From contig NC_052146.1 of the NCBI RefSeq assembly GCF_902713615.1, positions 31,428,604 to 31,492,603 of the forward strand: DNA of 64,000 nucleotides, in the 5' to 3' direction. Position 1 is the first letter of the stretch, and each line of letters starts with the position of its first letter. The notes under the pieces are model-generated. The model was not told where the DNA came from. It saw nothing but the letters and a program-made list of their open reading frames with translations, and did not search any database. Below are positions 1-11,620 of this stretch, one piece after another. Made by a program: the position numbers and the translations under genes. Origin of the DNA: Scyliorhinus canicula (lineage: Eukaryota).

Positions 1-165
1 GACAGTAATGCGGTGCGTTCCCCAAAAGTAAAATCTACCCTATAGTTCCTCTTAGAATACAGAAAAGGCTTCAAACGGTAACTCTGTCGCCGCTGGCGTG
101 GGGCCCCCTTAAGGTGCGGGGCCCAATTTGATGAAATTGGTCAAATAGGCTTAAAACCGGCCCTG
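1..165. mobile_element. End of a non-autonomous hAT (Tip100-like) DNA transposon, cut by the window edge
   Basis: Ends in ...AAACCGGCCCTG (reverse complement CAGGGCCGG), the same terminus type as the TSD-bounded element at 29098-29463. Confidence 0.55.
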
Positions 166-292
166 GCCACAATCACCATTGACTGCCACTTCATCACGCT
201 GGAACTCCAATCCCAGCTTCTCTGGCAATGTTGAGCGTACCTGAAATGAAGCTGCAACTTTGCAGAGCTGGACTATTGGGGTAAAATCTCCA

Positions 293-1338
293 ATGGTATC
301 ATCTCCAAACTCCTTGGCCTCGGCTCCTCCCTCTCCGACTGGATCTTGAACTTTCTAACCCACAGGCCCCAATCAGTAAAGATAGGCAACAACACCTCCT
401 GCACAATCATCCTCCACAAGGCTGTGTCCTCAGCCCCCTACTTTACTCCTTATACACCTATGACTGTGTGGCCAAATTCCCCTCCAACTCGATTTTCAAA
501 TTTGCTGATGACACCACCATAATGGGTCGGGTTTCAAACAATGACGAGACAGAGTATAGGAATGAGGCAGAGAATCTGGTGAACTGGTGCGACGACAATA
601 ATCTCTCCCTCAATGTCAACAAAACGAAGGAGATTATCATTGACTTCAGGAAGCGTAGTGGAGAACATACCCCTGACTACATCAATGGGAACTAAGTAGA
701 AAGGGTCGAGAGCTTCAAAATTCTAGGTGTACAGATCACCAACAGCCTGTCCTGTTACCCCCATGCCGACACTATAGTTAAGAAAGCCCACCAACGACTC
801 TACTTTCTCAGAAGACTAAGGAAATTTGGCATGTCACCAACGTCTACAGATGCACCATAGAAAGCATTCTTTCTGGTTGTATCACAGCTTGGTATGGAGC
901 CTGCTCCGCCCAAGACCGCAGAAAACTACAAAAGTTTGTGAATATAGCCCAGGCCATCACGCAAACCAGCCTCTCATCCATTGACTCTATCTATAATTCT
1001 CATTGCCTCAGAAAGGCAGCCAGCATAATTAAGGACCCCACCCTCCCGGACATACTCTCTTCCACCTTCTTCCATCAGGAAAAGCATACCAAAGTTTGAG
1101 GTCACGTAACAACCGACTCAAGAACAGCTTCTTCCCTACTGCCATCAGACTTTTGAATGGACCTACCTCGTATTAAGTTGATCTTTTCTCTACACCTTGC
1201 GATAATGTAACATTATATTCTGCAGTCTCTCCTTCCTTCCCTATGTACGGTATGCATTGTTTGTACAGCATGCAAGAAACAATACTTTTCACTGTATACT
1301 AATACATGTGACAATAATAAATCAAATCAAATCAAATA
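293..1338 (+). mobile_element. Rex1/Babar-clade LINE, 5'-truncated and degenerate
   Basis: ORF 468-695 has KFADDTT..G...NNDETEYR...LVNWC..NNLSLNVNKTKE.IIDFRK; 3' end CTTTTCACTGTA...GTGACAATAATAA followed by an (ATCAA)n tail. Confidence 0.85.
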
Positions 1339-1339
1339 A

Positions 1340-1682
1340 AACAAGCCATGGTAAAACTTGAGGGTGGATGTCGGGTGTGTGGCCGAGTGCTTCTCAGGAG
1401 AGTTCATTGCAGGACAAAGCTGCGCTGGTGTGAGCTCCAAGACCTCTGTATGAACAACCCATACAGAAATGTAACATTGAATGATAAAGCAAGTGAGATC
1501 GTGAGGACCAAGCAGGCTCACCTAGCGCATTAAAGGTAAGCGGATGGCGTGGGTCGCGAAGGTCAGCCGATGTAGGTTCCGAAGGTCGGCCAATGTGGGT
1601 CCCGAAGGTCGGCCAATGTGGGTCCCAAAGGATTGCCAGTTGGTAAAAATGGGTCCCGGAAAAAAAGGTTTGTGAAACACTG
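1340..1682 (+). mobile_element. 3' part of a hAT-Charlie-like non-autonomous element
   Basis: Vestigial transposase C-terminus ..EIVRTKQAHLAH* (Charlie-type KQAHxSH end), about 3.5 copies of a 23-bp subterminal repeat (1549-1632), terminal ...AAAAGGTTTGTGAAACACTG. Confidence 0.65.
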
Positions 1683-2268
1683 GATTAGCATATTTTGATC
1701 TGATATTTCCTTTTTAACTATTCATGGATTTGATTCTTGCACCCATTTACACTGCTCCCTCTTCTGACCCACTGTAGTCATGTGCAAGCAACTCAGATAC
1801 TTTTGTTGCATAATGTCCTTTTCAGTTAGAAACGCTGATGGGAATTTCTGGATTCTCACAATCCTGATAAATCATCAGGCATAGAGTGGTCCATAATCGG
1901 ACAGAAACTGCCAGGACCCAGTGTTTCATGACAGCTTTAAGTGGAATCAAAGATTTAATTCTGTTTTACTTTGTTTTTCTCCACTGTTTTGATTGTGGCA
2001 CCTCTCTCTTCACCTGTTTCTTCCTCTTTGACCAAGTAATTTAATCTATCACAATATCTACTTTATGTATCTCTCTGTGTACATCTACTTAATATACCTT
2101 CTCTGTGCACATGTGGGTCTGTCCATCTCTTCGTCCTTCCTTCCTTCCTTCCTCATTTTCTTTCTCTCCACTCACATATTTGTCCTTTGCTACATCTTTC
2201 TGCTTCTTCGCCTCTCCCGGCACTACTCTCCCTTTCTCTGTCTGCACACATCTGCCTCTACGCACATT

Positions 2269-2297
2269 TCTCTCTCTCTCTCTCTCTCTCTATCTCT
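2269..2297. repeat. (CT)n microsatellite
   Basis: Direct inspection. Confidence 0.9.
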
Positions 2298-3825
2298 GCT
2301 TGCGTTATTTTGGCATATCTCCTGAACAATTCCCTTTCTGGCACACATTCCTCTCTACATTTTCTATCTCCCTTTCTTGGCTGAGTTTGAAACTGAGACC
2401 CTTGAAGATGAACAAACACAGTGTGATAATGTACTTTGCCTCCTATTCCCCTTTTATTAAGGCATCCCAGTGGGAAACCAAAGATTAACCTTAATCCTAG
2501 TTTAATGTTGACTTTCCTCTGAAAACTCCCAGATGTGCGTTTAAAGGGTTAATCATCCCCTGCAGTTCCGATAATGTCTATTATATGAAAGGCTGTAACT
2601 GAGTCATTATATCCAATTTTTACACATGTGGTCTGTAATACAGTTGATTCCTCTTAAATCTATAACCTATTAACCACGGAATTCTAGACTGATTCAAAAC
2701 ATACTCTGTGTCTATTCTGCAGACTGTGTCTGTCCAACAGCGTTTTGAAATGCTGCATTAAACTCTACTGGATATTATTGCACACAGGAGTGCAGTCAAC
2801 TCCGCTCCAAGTATACCTTGCTTTTAGCCAGAGTAAGTCCACCGTTCTGCAGAACACTGCAGTCTCCTTCTTTCTTACCAAGAGATGTCGGTGAGGAGCC
2901 AAAGCCCTTAATACTCACTCCTGACAAGATTGTGAGGAGCAGTGGGAGAATCGAGGTAACTTGAGAAGTAGTGAAGAGATGGATGGGGAAAAGTTGTGAA
3001 TGTAAAAAAGGGTCTGCCATTCATATTGATCATTGGGATGTCAACAGTAGCCACACGACCTGGTAGAGTTAGGCTTTCCTGTCTCCTACTGAAGGGTACG
3101 TTATTAACCATCTGCTACTCGGTGAAATTCCAGCCTCCGAGGTGAGCTCTGTTCTTACGCCGGTAAAAGAATTTCCGACTTCTCGGTAGATGGAGACTTC
3201 TCTATCACCTGCTGGACTGTGTTTCACATTAGGCGGAGGGAGAGATTCTCATTTGCTGCTCTATCGAGCTCCTCCATCTCCTTTTAGCGGCCAAATCCTT
3301 TAATCCCCTGATGGAGCATCAATGCCACCCACTGATTCTTGGCCGAGGCTGTCCTGCCCCTCCTCCTGCTTGAGAGTGAGTTTCCTTGCCCCCATTGGAG
3401 AGTGAGACCAGCAACTCCTGGTAGCACCTCAGCTCCTGGAGTGAGAGTCTTGCTACATACTGCTGAGGATCTACCAGCCTCTGATATAGTGAGTCCCTCA
3501 AATCCTGATTATCTCATGTAGCTTAGGACAGCCAATTTTCCCTTTGCACATTCTTAGGTACACTGACAGCTGACATCCCTTAATTGTTTTACCACTAGGA
3601 TAAATTACACTTAGTGTGAACAACTGAACTCTGGAAACAACATGCAGATTTTTTGCCCATTGTAAAAAGTAACTCATAGCTTATGCACTTAATACTCTGG
3701 ATCATCCTGTGGATGTATCAGATGTGATTTGACAGTTAGTTTACAGAATGGAGATATATTCCTCAGTGATAAACTGATCAGGGTCAGACTTTGAGAAGGT
3801 GCCATGAATTTTACAAAGCAGTACA

Positions 3826-4036
3826 CAAAAGCAGAGAACAGCGGTTGCTGGAAATCGGAAATTACAACCAAAAATGTTGAAAATATTGAGCAGTTGAAGC
3901 AGCATCTATGGAGAGAGAGGCAGGGATCATGGTTCAGGTCGACAAGCTTTCATCAGAGTTGGGATGACTGGTAATGTAAACTCATTTTCTCACTCGCAAG
4001 ATGGTGCCTGAGCTGCTGCTGAGTGTTTTCAGCAAT
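3826..4036. mobile_element. Degenerate Penelope-like 3'-end fragments in inverted arrangement
   Basis: Minus strand CTGATGA...GACCTGAAC (decayed hammerhead-like core) followed by CTCTCCATAGATGCTGC; a related plus-strand piece lies at 3972-4036. Confidence 0.4.
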
Positions 4037-4108
4037 ATGGGGCTGAATGGGACTTGGTGTACGGCACTGAATTCTTAGTATATGCACAGTGCAGGTTAGA
4101 TAGAGTAC

Positions 4109-4414
4109 CACAGAACCATAGAATCCCTAAAGTGCAGAAGTCTGCAACAACCCTCTGAAATATCACCTTATTTAGGCCCAGTCCTCTGCCCCGTATCCTG
4201 CAAATTCCTGGACACGAAGGAACAATTTAGCATGACCAATCCATCTACCCTGCGGATCTTTGGACTGTCTGTAGGAGGAAACCGGAGCACCCGGAGGAAA
4301 CCCACGCAGACACAGGAGAACGTGCAAACTCCACAGTCACCCAAGGCCAGAATCAAACCCGGGTCCCTTGCATTGTGAGGCCGCAGTGCTAACCACTGTG
4401 CCACCGTGCCACCC
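4109..4414 (-). mobile_element. HE1/V-SINE-type tRNA-derived SINE with CR1-type tail
   Basis: Head GGCACGGTGGCACAGTGGTTAGCACT, core GTGGGTTTCCTCCGGGTGCTCCGGTTTCCTCC, tail GATTCTATGGTTCT. Confidence 0.85.
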
Positions 4415-5257
4415 TAAGCACTGTCCCAGGTAAAGCACAGTATAAGTTAGAGGCAAAGCTCCCTGCCCCCTGCCGTATTAATGAGTGTCAGCCTAAATAC
4501 AAGATAAATGTCCTGTGTTACACAGTTGCAACATTTATTCAATTTACCACACCAGCCATACCGGCTGTCCCCCTGAGTGAGATTACCAAATTTGACTGTA
4601 TTAGGGATAGATTTCCCATGGACACATGCCGCAAGGAGCTGGAATATGTCCAAATGTATTTAACATAGGCTCGTTGCAGTAAGCAGACAGAGGGGGTGCT
4701 CATGCATTCTATTGGTCTGAGCTGGTCCCAGAGGTGAGAGACAAATGTCGGAATCACTGCACCATCCAATCAATCGTCCACAATGGCAATGTTCATTGCA
4801 GTTTGAGTGTTTTGTTTACCTCTTTCTCCAGGCACCCTTATCTGTGCAAGTATCAATTGGAGCTTGGCTGTCCTGATCGTTTGTGTGTTGTAGCAGCTTC
4901 ATGTGTTTTGCCAAGAGTAAATGACAGCATAAACGGAAAAAGCCCGTACCTGTTGCTCTTTGACCCCTCGGGTTTACAGATTGAGCACGTTCGTTGGCTG
5001 TTCATTGCTGTAAAAGTATTTTTAAAAGCATGAGCTGAAAGAAGGTCATTCAGCCCACAAAGATGGGTGCAATCTAACCACATGCCTAACCACCAAGGTC
5101 ACAAAGGCAAGCACTGATATTACACACTTGGCTCGTCCTTCCATGGATTCTTCCCCCTTCCCATATCATTCAGCTGCCTTCAGTGTTTCTAGGATAGATC
5201 ATAGATTTTGTGTGACTGCAAAACAGGCGATAATGAACCTACAGGCCAATCTTCTTT

Positions 5258-5664
5258 CTTTATTCTTTCAAGGGATCTGGGTGTCTCAGGCAAAGTCTGC
5301 ACTTGTAGCCCATTCCTAATTCTCCTTCAACTAATTAGCTTCCAGGCCATTTCACAGGGGGTCAAGAGTCAACCACATTGTTGTGGATCTGGAGTCACAC
5401 ATACCTGGCTGGACCAGTTATGGAGAGTAGATTACCTTTCTCAGAAGGATTTTAGTGAATCTGATTGTCATTTTTTGTTTAAAAAGCCCATCAGTGATAG
5501 GTTCATGGTCACTATTACCAAGACTAGTGTTCAATTACAGATTTATTAATTGAATATAAACTCCACCAGCTGCTACGGTGGGATTTGAACCCGTGCCCCC
5601 AGAGCATTAGCTTGGAATCAGAATTGCTAGTCCAGTGACACTAGCAGAATGCTACTGTCACCCC
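5258..5664 (-). mobile_element. Old tRNA-headed SINE, same family as 39126-39527
   Basis: Pol III B-box GGTTCAAATCCC; body and 3' end match 39126-39527 and the LINE 3' end near 28060. Confidence 0.7.
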
Positions 5665-6356
5665 TTGATAACAATAAATCAGGAAAGAGGTAGAACAGGA
5701 TACACACTGGCTTTAACTATTTTACGCTATCAAACAAAATCAATACCTACCCTTTTTGTGAAAAATGTTTCTGAACCCAATGCTGAAAATTACGCTTAAC
5801 CAATGTGTATAAGCCTACTTGTGACACGAAAGTGTACCCTCATCTCCCACGCTGTAATCATGGTTTAATCTGAAACACTGCACACGATTCAACTTTTCTC
5901 TTCCAACTTCTTTTCCAGTCTCTATGAAACCGTTTAGAAGGTACATTCTATATGAATCGCAAAGGAAATCAAGCAAGATTGTTGGATATTCCTCCATCCT
6001 CGCAGACACATTACATCCTGGCTCCAGCAGGTGGGCCAAGGGTTATCTGATCACTGTAGTTTCCCTAATCCTCAAGCTCCAGTCTAATTACCAGCCAAAT
6101 GTTTATCCAGCTCCTTTTTGAAATGCTGATTGACTCACGATTCATTATGCTCAGAGTTTAGTTTGCATTGTTTGATATTCAATGAATGCTTCTTCTACGT
6201 TGAAGGAGTACATTAATGCACAAATACTAAATGTATTTATCAGATATTTCTCCCCATTTGTGACTGAATGCAATAGGCAATATATAGGTTCAAATCTCTA
6301 ACTCTTACTTGATACTCATCAATTCTATGCTCACAAGTTATATCAAATATCCTACT

Positions 6357-6637
6357 TGATGTGACCATCAATTCACACGACACGTAGTTGGAAGTGAACA
6401 GTGGTTTTAATGATCTTACAACGGAGCCTGCCTGTGACGAGATGAACTGGCAGGCAGGCTCAGACTGCCAGGCTTTATACTTCCGGTCAGTGGGAGGAGC
6501 CATGGGCGGAGCCCAGTACAAATTCCTCATCTCCCTTTATTGGCAGAGCCGCGCAACTGCTCGTATACCGAACTTACACAGACACAGTACATCATATATA
6601 ATAACAGTGTGAATAACACGGACTGTGATTCACCACA
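6357..6637 (-). repeat. 3' LTR of the Gypsy element
   Basis: Direct repeat of 10539-10843; preceded on the minus strand by the PPT. Confidence 0.95.
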
Positions 6638-6727
6638 TTCACCCCCTGCAAAAATTGAGTCCAGCGGGGGTGATGTGTCTACCAATTCCCAATTGCGAAT
6701 TACAAGTTACAAGTTACAGGTTTTAAA

Positions 6728-9700
6728 TTACAGGTTAAGTCGATCTGGCGGCCGAGTCGTCCTCTGGGATCGACAAAGCACCAGGGTTGCAGCCTCTTCT
6801 GGTGGCTGGGCGGTGGCGGTCGGCCAGGGAACAATGGCGGACTCCGGGGGTGATTCAGCCAGAGCTTCGTATCCAACTGGTTCGACTGGTGACGGGGAGC
6901 GCCGGAAACCCAATGGCGGGGGGGGTGCGGAGCACAGGCAGCGGAACTGCAGGCGCGGGGGCATCTCAGCGGCGGTGGTGTCGGAGTTGGATCCTGCAGG
7001 TGCCAGGTCCCGGAGGGAAACAGTGTCCTGACAGCCGTCAGGGTACTCTATAAATGCGTAGTGTGGGTTTGAATGGAGCAGGAGCACTCTCTCTACGAGT
7101 GGGTCAGTCTTGTGAGTCCAGACGTGCTTCCAGAGGAGCACCGGGCCTGGTGTCTTTAACCATGCTGGGAGCTGGTAGTGCCCCTGGAAAAAACAAATAC
7201 CCGCTCGTGAGGGGTCTGGTTGGTGGCCGTAGATAGGAGGGACCTAATAGCATGGAGCGCGTCGGGGAGGACTTCCTGCCAATGGGAGGTCGGGAGCTTC
7301 CTGGACCGGAGGGTCAGTAGGACGGTCTTCCAGACCGTCGCGTTCTCCCTCTCCACCTGCCTGTTCCCCCTGGGGTTGTAGCTGGTAGTCCTGCTCGACG
7401 CAATGCCCTTTTCGAGCAGGTACTGATGCAGCTCGTCGCTCATAAAGGACGAACCCCTGTCGCTGTGTACGTAGCTGGGGAAACCAAACAGGGTGAAGAT
7501 ACGATGCAGGGCCCTAATGACTGTGTGGGAGGTCATATCGGGGCACGGGATAACAAAGGGAAAACGAGAGAACGCGTCGATGACGTTCAGGAAGTACACA
7601 TTCCTATTGGCCGAGGGGAGTGGCCCTTTGAAATCGATAGCGAGGCATCCAAAGGGCCGAGAAGCCTTGACCAGGTGGGCCCTGTCTGGTCTATAAAAGT
7701 GCGGTATGCACTCCGCACAGATCGGGCAATCCCTGGTGATGGCTTTCACCTCCTCTGTGGAGAAAAGTAGATTTTGGGCTTTGACGTAGTGGGCGAGCCG
7801 GGTGACCCCCGGGTGGCAGAGGTCATCGTGAATAGCTTTCAGGTGGTCGTCTTGCACGCTGGCGCACGTGCTGCGGGACAGGGCATCTGCGGGCTCATTG
7901 AGCTTCCCCGGTCGGTACATAATATCGTACTTGTAGGTGGAGAGTTCGATCCTCCATCGTAAGATCTTATCATTTTTGATCTTGCCCCTTTGAGAGATGT
8001 TGAACATAAAGGTAACCGATCTTTGGTTGGTGATGAGGGTGAACCTCCTACCTGCGAGGTAGTGCCTCCAGTGACGTATCGCTTCCACGATGGCTTGTGC
8101 TTCCTTTTCGACCGAGGAGTGTCGAAGTTCCGAAGCGGAGAGGGTTCGGGAGAAAAAGACGACTGGTCTCCCAGCCTGATTTAGTGTGGCTGCATCAACC
8201 GCCCAAATGGCCGCTTTGGCGATGTCCTCCTTGATACGAGTGAAGGCCTGACGAGCCTCATCCGATAGAGGGATGAGTGTGGCCTTAAATAGTGGGCGGG
8301 CTTTGTCCGCATATTGAGGGACCCACTGGGCATAATACGAGAAGAATCCCAGGCACCTTTTGAGGGCCCTGGGACAATGAGGGAGAAGAAGTTCTAAGAG
8401 GGGGCGCATACGGTCTGGGTTGGGGCCCAGGACTCTGTTCTTCACGACATAGCCGAGGATGGCTAGCCTGGTCGTGCGGAAAACGCATTTCTCTGTGTTA
8501 TATGTGAGGTTGAGTTTCTGGGCAGTCTGGAGAAATCGATCGAGGTTAGCGTCGTGGTCCTGCTGGTTATAGCCGCAGATGGTGACGTTATCCAAGTACG
8601 GAAACGTGGCCCGCAGTCCGTACTGGTCCACCATTCGGTCCATTGCTCGTTGGAACACCGAGATCCCATTAGTGACGCCAAAGGGAACCCGGAGGAAGTG
8701 GAAGAGGTGGCTGTCGGCCTCAAACACCGTGAAGTGGCGGTCCTCCGGGTGGATTGGGAGCTGATGGTATGCAGACTTCAGATCCACCGTGGAAAAAAAC
8801 TTTATAGTGGGCGATCTGATTCACCATGTCTGCAATTCTGGGGAGGGGATACGCATCAAGGAGCGTGAACCGATTAATGGTCTGGCTATAGTCCACTACC
8901 ATTCGCAATTTTTCCCCGGTCTTGACGACCACCACCTGAGCTCTCCAGGGGCTATTACTGGCCTCTATGATCCCCTCACGTAGGAGCCTATGGACCTCGG
9001 TTCTGATACATACCCTGTCCTGCAGGCTGTATCGCCTGCTGCGAGTGGCTACGGGTTTGCAGTCCGGCGTGAGATTGGCAAAGAGTGGAGGGGGGTCGAT
9101 TTTTAGGGTGGCGAGGCTGCAAATAGTGAGTGGGGGCAAGGGCCCGCCGAAGCTGAGTGTGAGGCTTTTGAGGTTGCACTGGAAATCGAGTCCCAGTAGG
9201 AGTGGGGCGCAGAGTTCAGGGAGCACGTACAGCTGGAAGTTTGAGTAGCTGGTGCCCTGGATCATTAGGCGCACCGTCGTGACTCTTCGAGGTGAACAGT
9301 GGGAGCCCGAAGCGAGGGAGATCGTTTGCCGTGCATGGAAAATAGGGAGTGAACAGCATCTTACCAGTTCTGGGTGTATGATGCTCTCGGTGCTCCCGGA
9401 GTCGAAGAGGCACGGTGTCCTGTACCCGTTGATTTCAACTGTCATCATGGAGTTGCGGAGGTGCTTTGGACGTGACTGGTCCAGTGTCACTGCACTGAGT
9501 TGCAGGTAGTCGGCGGCTCGATCAGCTGTGCTGGAGTGGCCCCGTGATGACTGCCCGTAATCTTCTAGTCGAATTTCTGAGTTGGAAGAAGATGGCAGCC
9601 CCTGTGGATCGCACGTGGCGGGCGGCGAGGAAGATGGCGCCCAAGATGGCGGCCCCCATGAGTCGCACGTGCCATTTGGGGGCGGAGTCGGAGTACAGGC

Positions 9701-10469
9701 CGCAGCATTTCGGGGCCTGCGGGCCTGTGGATTCTGGAAACGGGTGCTCTGGGCTGCGGGGGAGTTAGTAGAGGAGGCCCGTTTCACCAGGCAGACCCGG
9801 GCGTAGTGTCCCTTGCGACCGCAACTGCTGCAGGTCGCATTACGGGCCGGGCAGTACTGCCGTGGGTGCTGGGGCTGCCCGCAAAAGTGGCACACTGGGG
9901 CTGCATGATGGCTGGGTGGCCGCGTGACACAGGCCTGGGACAGTCGCTGGTCAGGGGCCCAGGATGGGGTTGCTTGGTCCGCGGGGAACGAGGTGAGGCT
10001 GCAGAATGAGACCTCCATAGTGGTAGCTAGTTCTACCGTGTCCTCTAAGTCCTGGGCCCCTTTTTCTAACAACCGCTGGCGCACATAATTCGATCTGAGG
10101 CCTGCCACGTACACATCCCTAATGGCAAGTTCCATGTGTTGTTCGGCTGATACCGCCTGATAATTACAGTCCCGAGCTAAAATCTTCTAACGACTCCGCG
10201 GGGCGCTGGCGGCGGGTTGTAAAACTATGTCGCGCATAGACCTCATTGATGGGCCTCACGTACATTCGATCCTGCATGGCTAGGGCCCCCGTATACGAGT
10301 TGGTACTATTTAGTTGAGAAGATATACGGTGGCTCACCCTTGCGTGCAGTAGACTGAGTTTCTGCTCCTCTGTAGTTTCTGGAGTGCTTGATTCAGCCAG
10401 GTAGATTTCTCTTGCCTCTGCAGCCTGCGGGTCGAGTTCTAGTCGGTCAGGTTTGAGGGCTGATTCCAT
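6728..10469 (-). pseudogene. Frameshifted gag-pol polyprotein
   Basis: ORFs 10164-10469, 8720-10135, 7156-8787 and 6728-7141: two zinc knuckles (CHFCGQPQHPRQYC, CSSCGRKGHYARVC), protease LFDSGS, RT DLKSAYHQ/PFG/YLDN, partial RNase H, integrase HHCC plus IDFKGP/SDRG/VERE. Confidence 0.93.
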
Positions 10470-10538
10470 AGTTGTTTCTGGAGCTGTTTCTTTGATTTCT
10501 TCTTATCGATTTCTTCTTGTTTCCTAAGATCATTAAAT

Positions 10539-10843
10539 TGATGTGACCATCAATTCACACGACACGTAGTTGGACGTGACCAGTGGTTTTAATGATCTTA
10601 CAATGGAGCCTGCCTGCGATGAGATGAACTGGCAAGCAGGCTCAGACTGCCAGGCTTTATACTTCCGGTTAGTGGGAGGATCCATGGGCGGAGCCATGGG
10701 CGGAGCCAAGGGTGGAGCCCAGTACAAGCTCCTTATCTCCCCCTAGGGGCAGAGCCGTGCAACTGCTCGTATACCGAGCTTACACAGACACAGTATGTCA
10801 TATATAATAACAGTGTGAATAACACAGACTGTGATTCACCACA
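10539..10843 (-). repeat. 5' LTR of the Gypsy element
   Basis: Direct repeat of 6357-6637, upstream of the gag ATG (10469). Confidence 0.95.
10588..10720 (-). promoter_or_regulatory. LTR promoter and poly(A) signal
   Basis: Minus strand: GC-box repeats, Ets-like CCGGAAG abutting TATAAA (10656-10661), Inr-like CCAGTT 31 nt downstream (A at 10630), ATTAAA at 10588-10593. Confidence 0.6.
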
Positions 10844-10876
10844 CTACTTAAATAGAGCTAAACTGAAATTATCAAC

Positions 10877-11098
10877 TGTAATAATCCACAGGAGGCAGGA
10901 GTCCCGTCACCACACCAACACTTATTTCCAATAACTAGATACAAGAGCAGCTCCAAACAGTGCTGCTAGCATTCCAGTCAACTTAAGACTGCTCACAAAG
11001 CCTACACAGGTGCTTATATGGGCCCCCTCAATGAGCTATCATTGAGGGAGTTCATACTCCAATTGGTCAACCAATAATGCTAATTGGAGGTCATTACA
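10877..11098 (-). mobile_element. Solo LTR of a different family
   Basis: TGTAAT...ATTACA termini, flanks TCAAC/GCAAC (5-bp TSD with one mismatch), minus-strand TATA-like ATATAAG, internal perfect hairpin CCCTCAATGA-GCTA-TCATTGAGGG. Confidence 0.7.
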
Positions 11099-11620
11099 GC
11101 AACACAGAAACAAAACATTTGGTTCAATAACCTTGGGTTGGTGCCTATCTTCCAAATAAACATTAATCCTCGCCCCATAAGACAGTCTTGTCCACAAATC
11201 AATTCACGTTTCTTTCTTTCAATGACCTATCTTGAGGGTTTCTTCAATCATTAACTCTGGCAATGCATTCCACTGCCTCATAATCCTGCTCCATGTCCTA
11301 AATTTCTTCCATTTAATTCTCTATTTCAGACCTCTTATTTTAAACTGCTCAATCATAGTCAGTTTCGAGGCACTCTGTCCTGTCTCTTCGCAATTCTAAA
11401 CAATCCCATCAAATCACCCGGTAATCTTCACTTTCCGAATGAAAACAACCTCAATTTCACAAGTCTTTCTTGTGTGGTCTGGCATCTAATTCCTTATATC
11501 CGGTAACATCCGAGTGAATCTACACCATACTTTCTCCGTTGCCTGAAGATTCTTCCAAGTGTAAACCCCAAACTAAACATAATACTCCAACTGTGCTGTT
11601 ACTCAGGGAAGATATTCACA

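Larger units (their letters stand above)
6357..10843 (-). mobile_element. Near full-length Ty3/Gypsy LTR retrotransposon (gag-PR-RT-RH-IN), inactivated
   Basis: Two TG...CA LTRs (6357-6637, 10539-10843; about 93% identical by manual count plus a 24-bp indel), 5-bp TSD CTACT (6352-6356, 10844-10848), polypurine tract GCAGGGGGTGAA next to the 3' LTR. Confidence 0.97.

Noticed and set aside
2780-3540. Coding-looking unique stretch
   Set aside because: The frames I translated by hand on both strands are interrupted by stops and show no recognisable domain.
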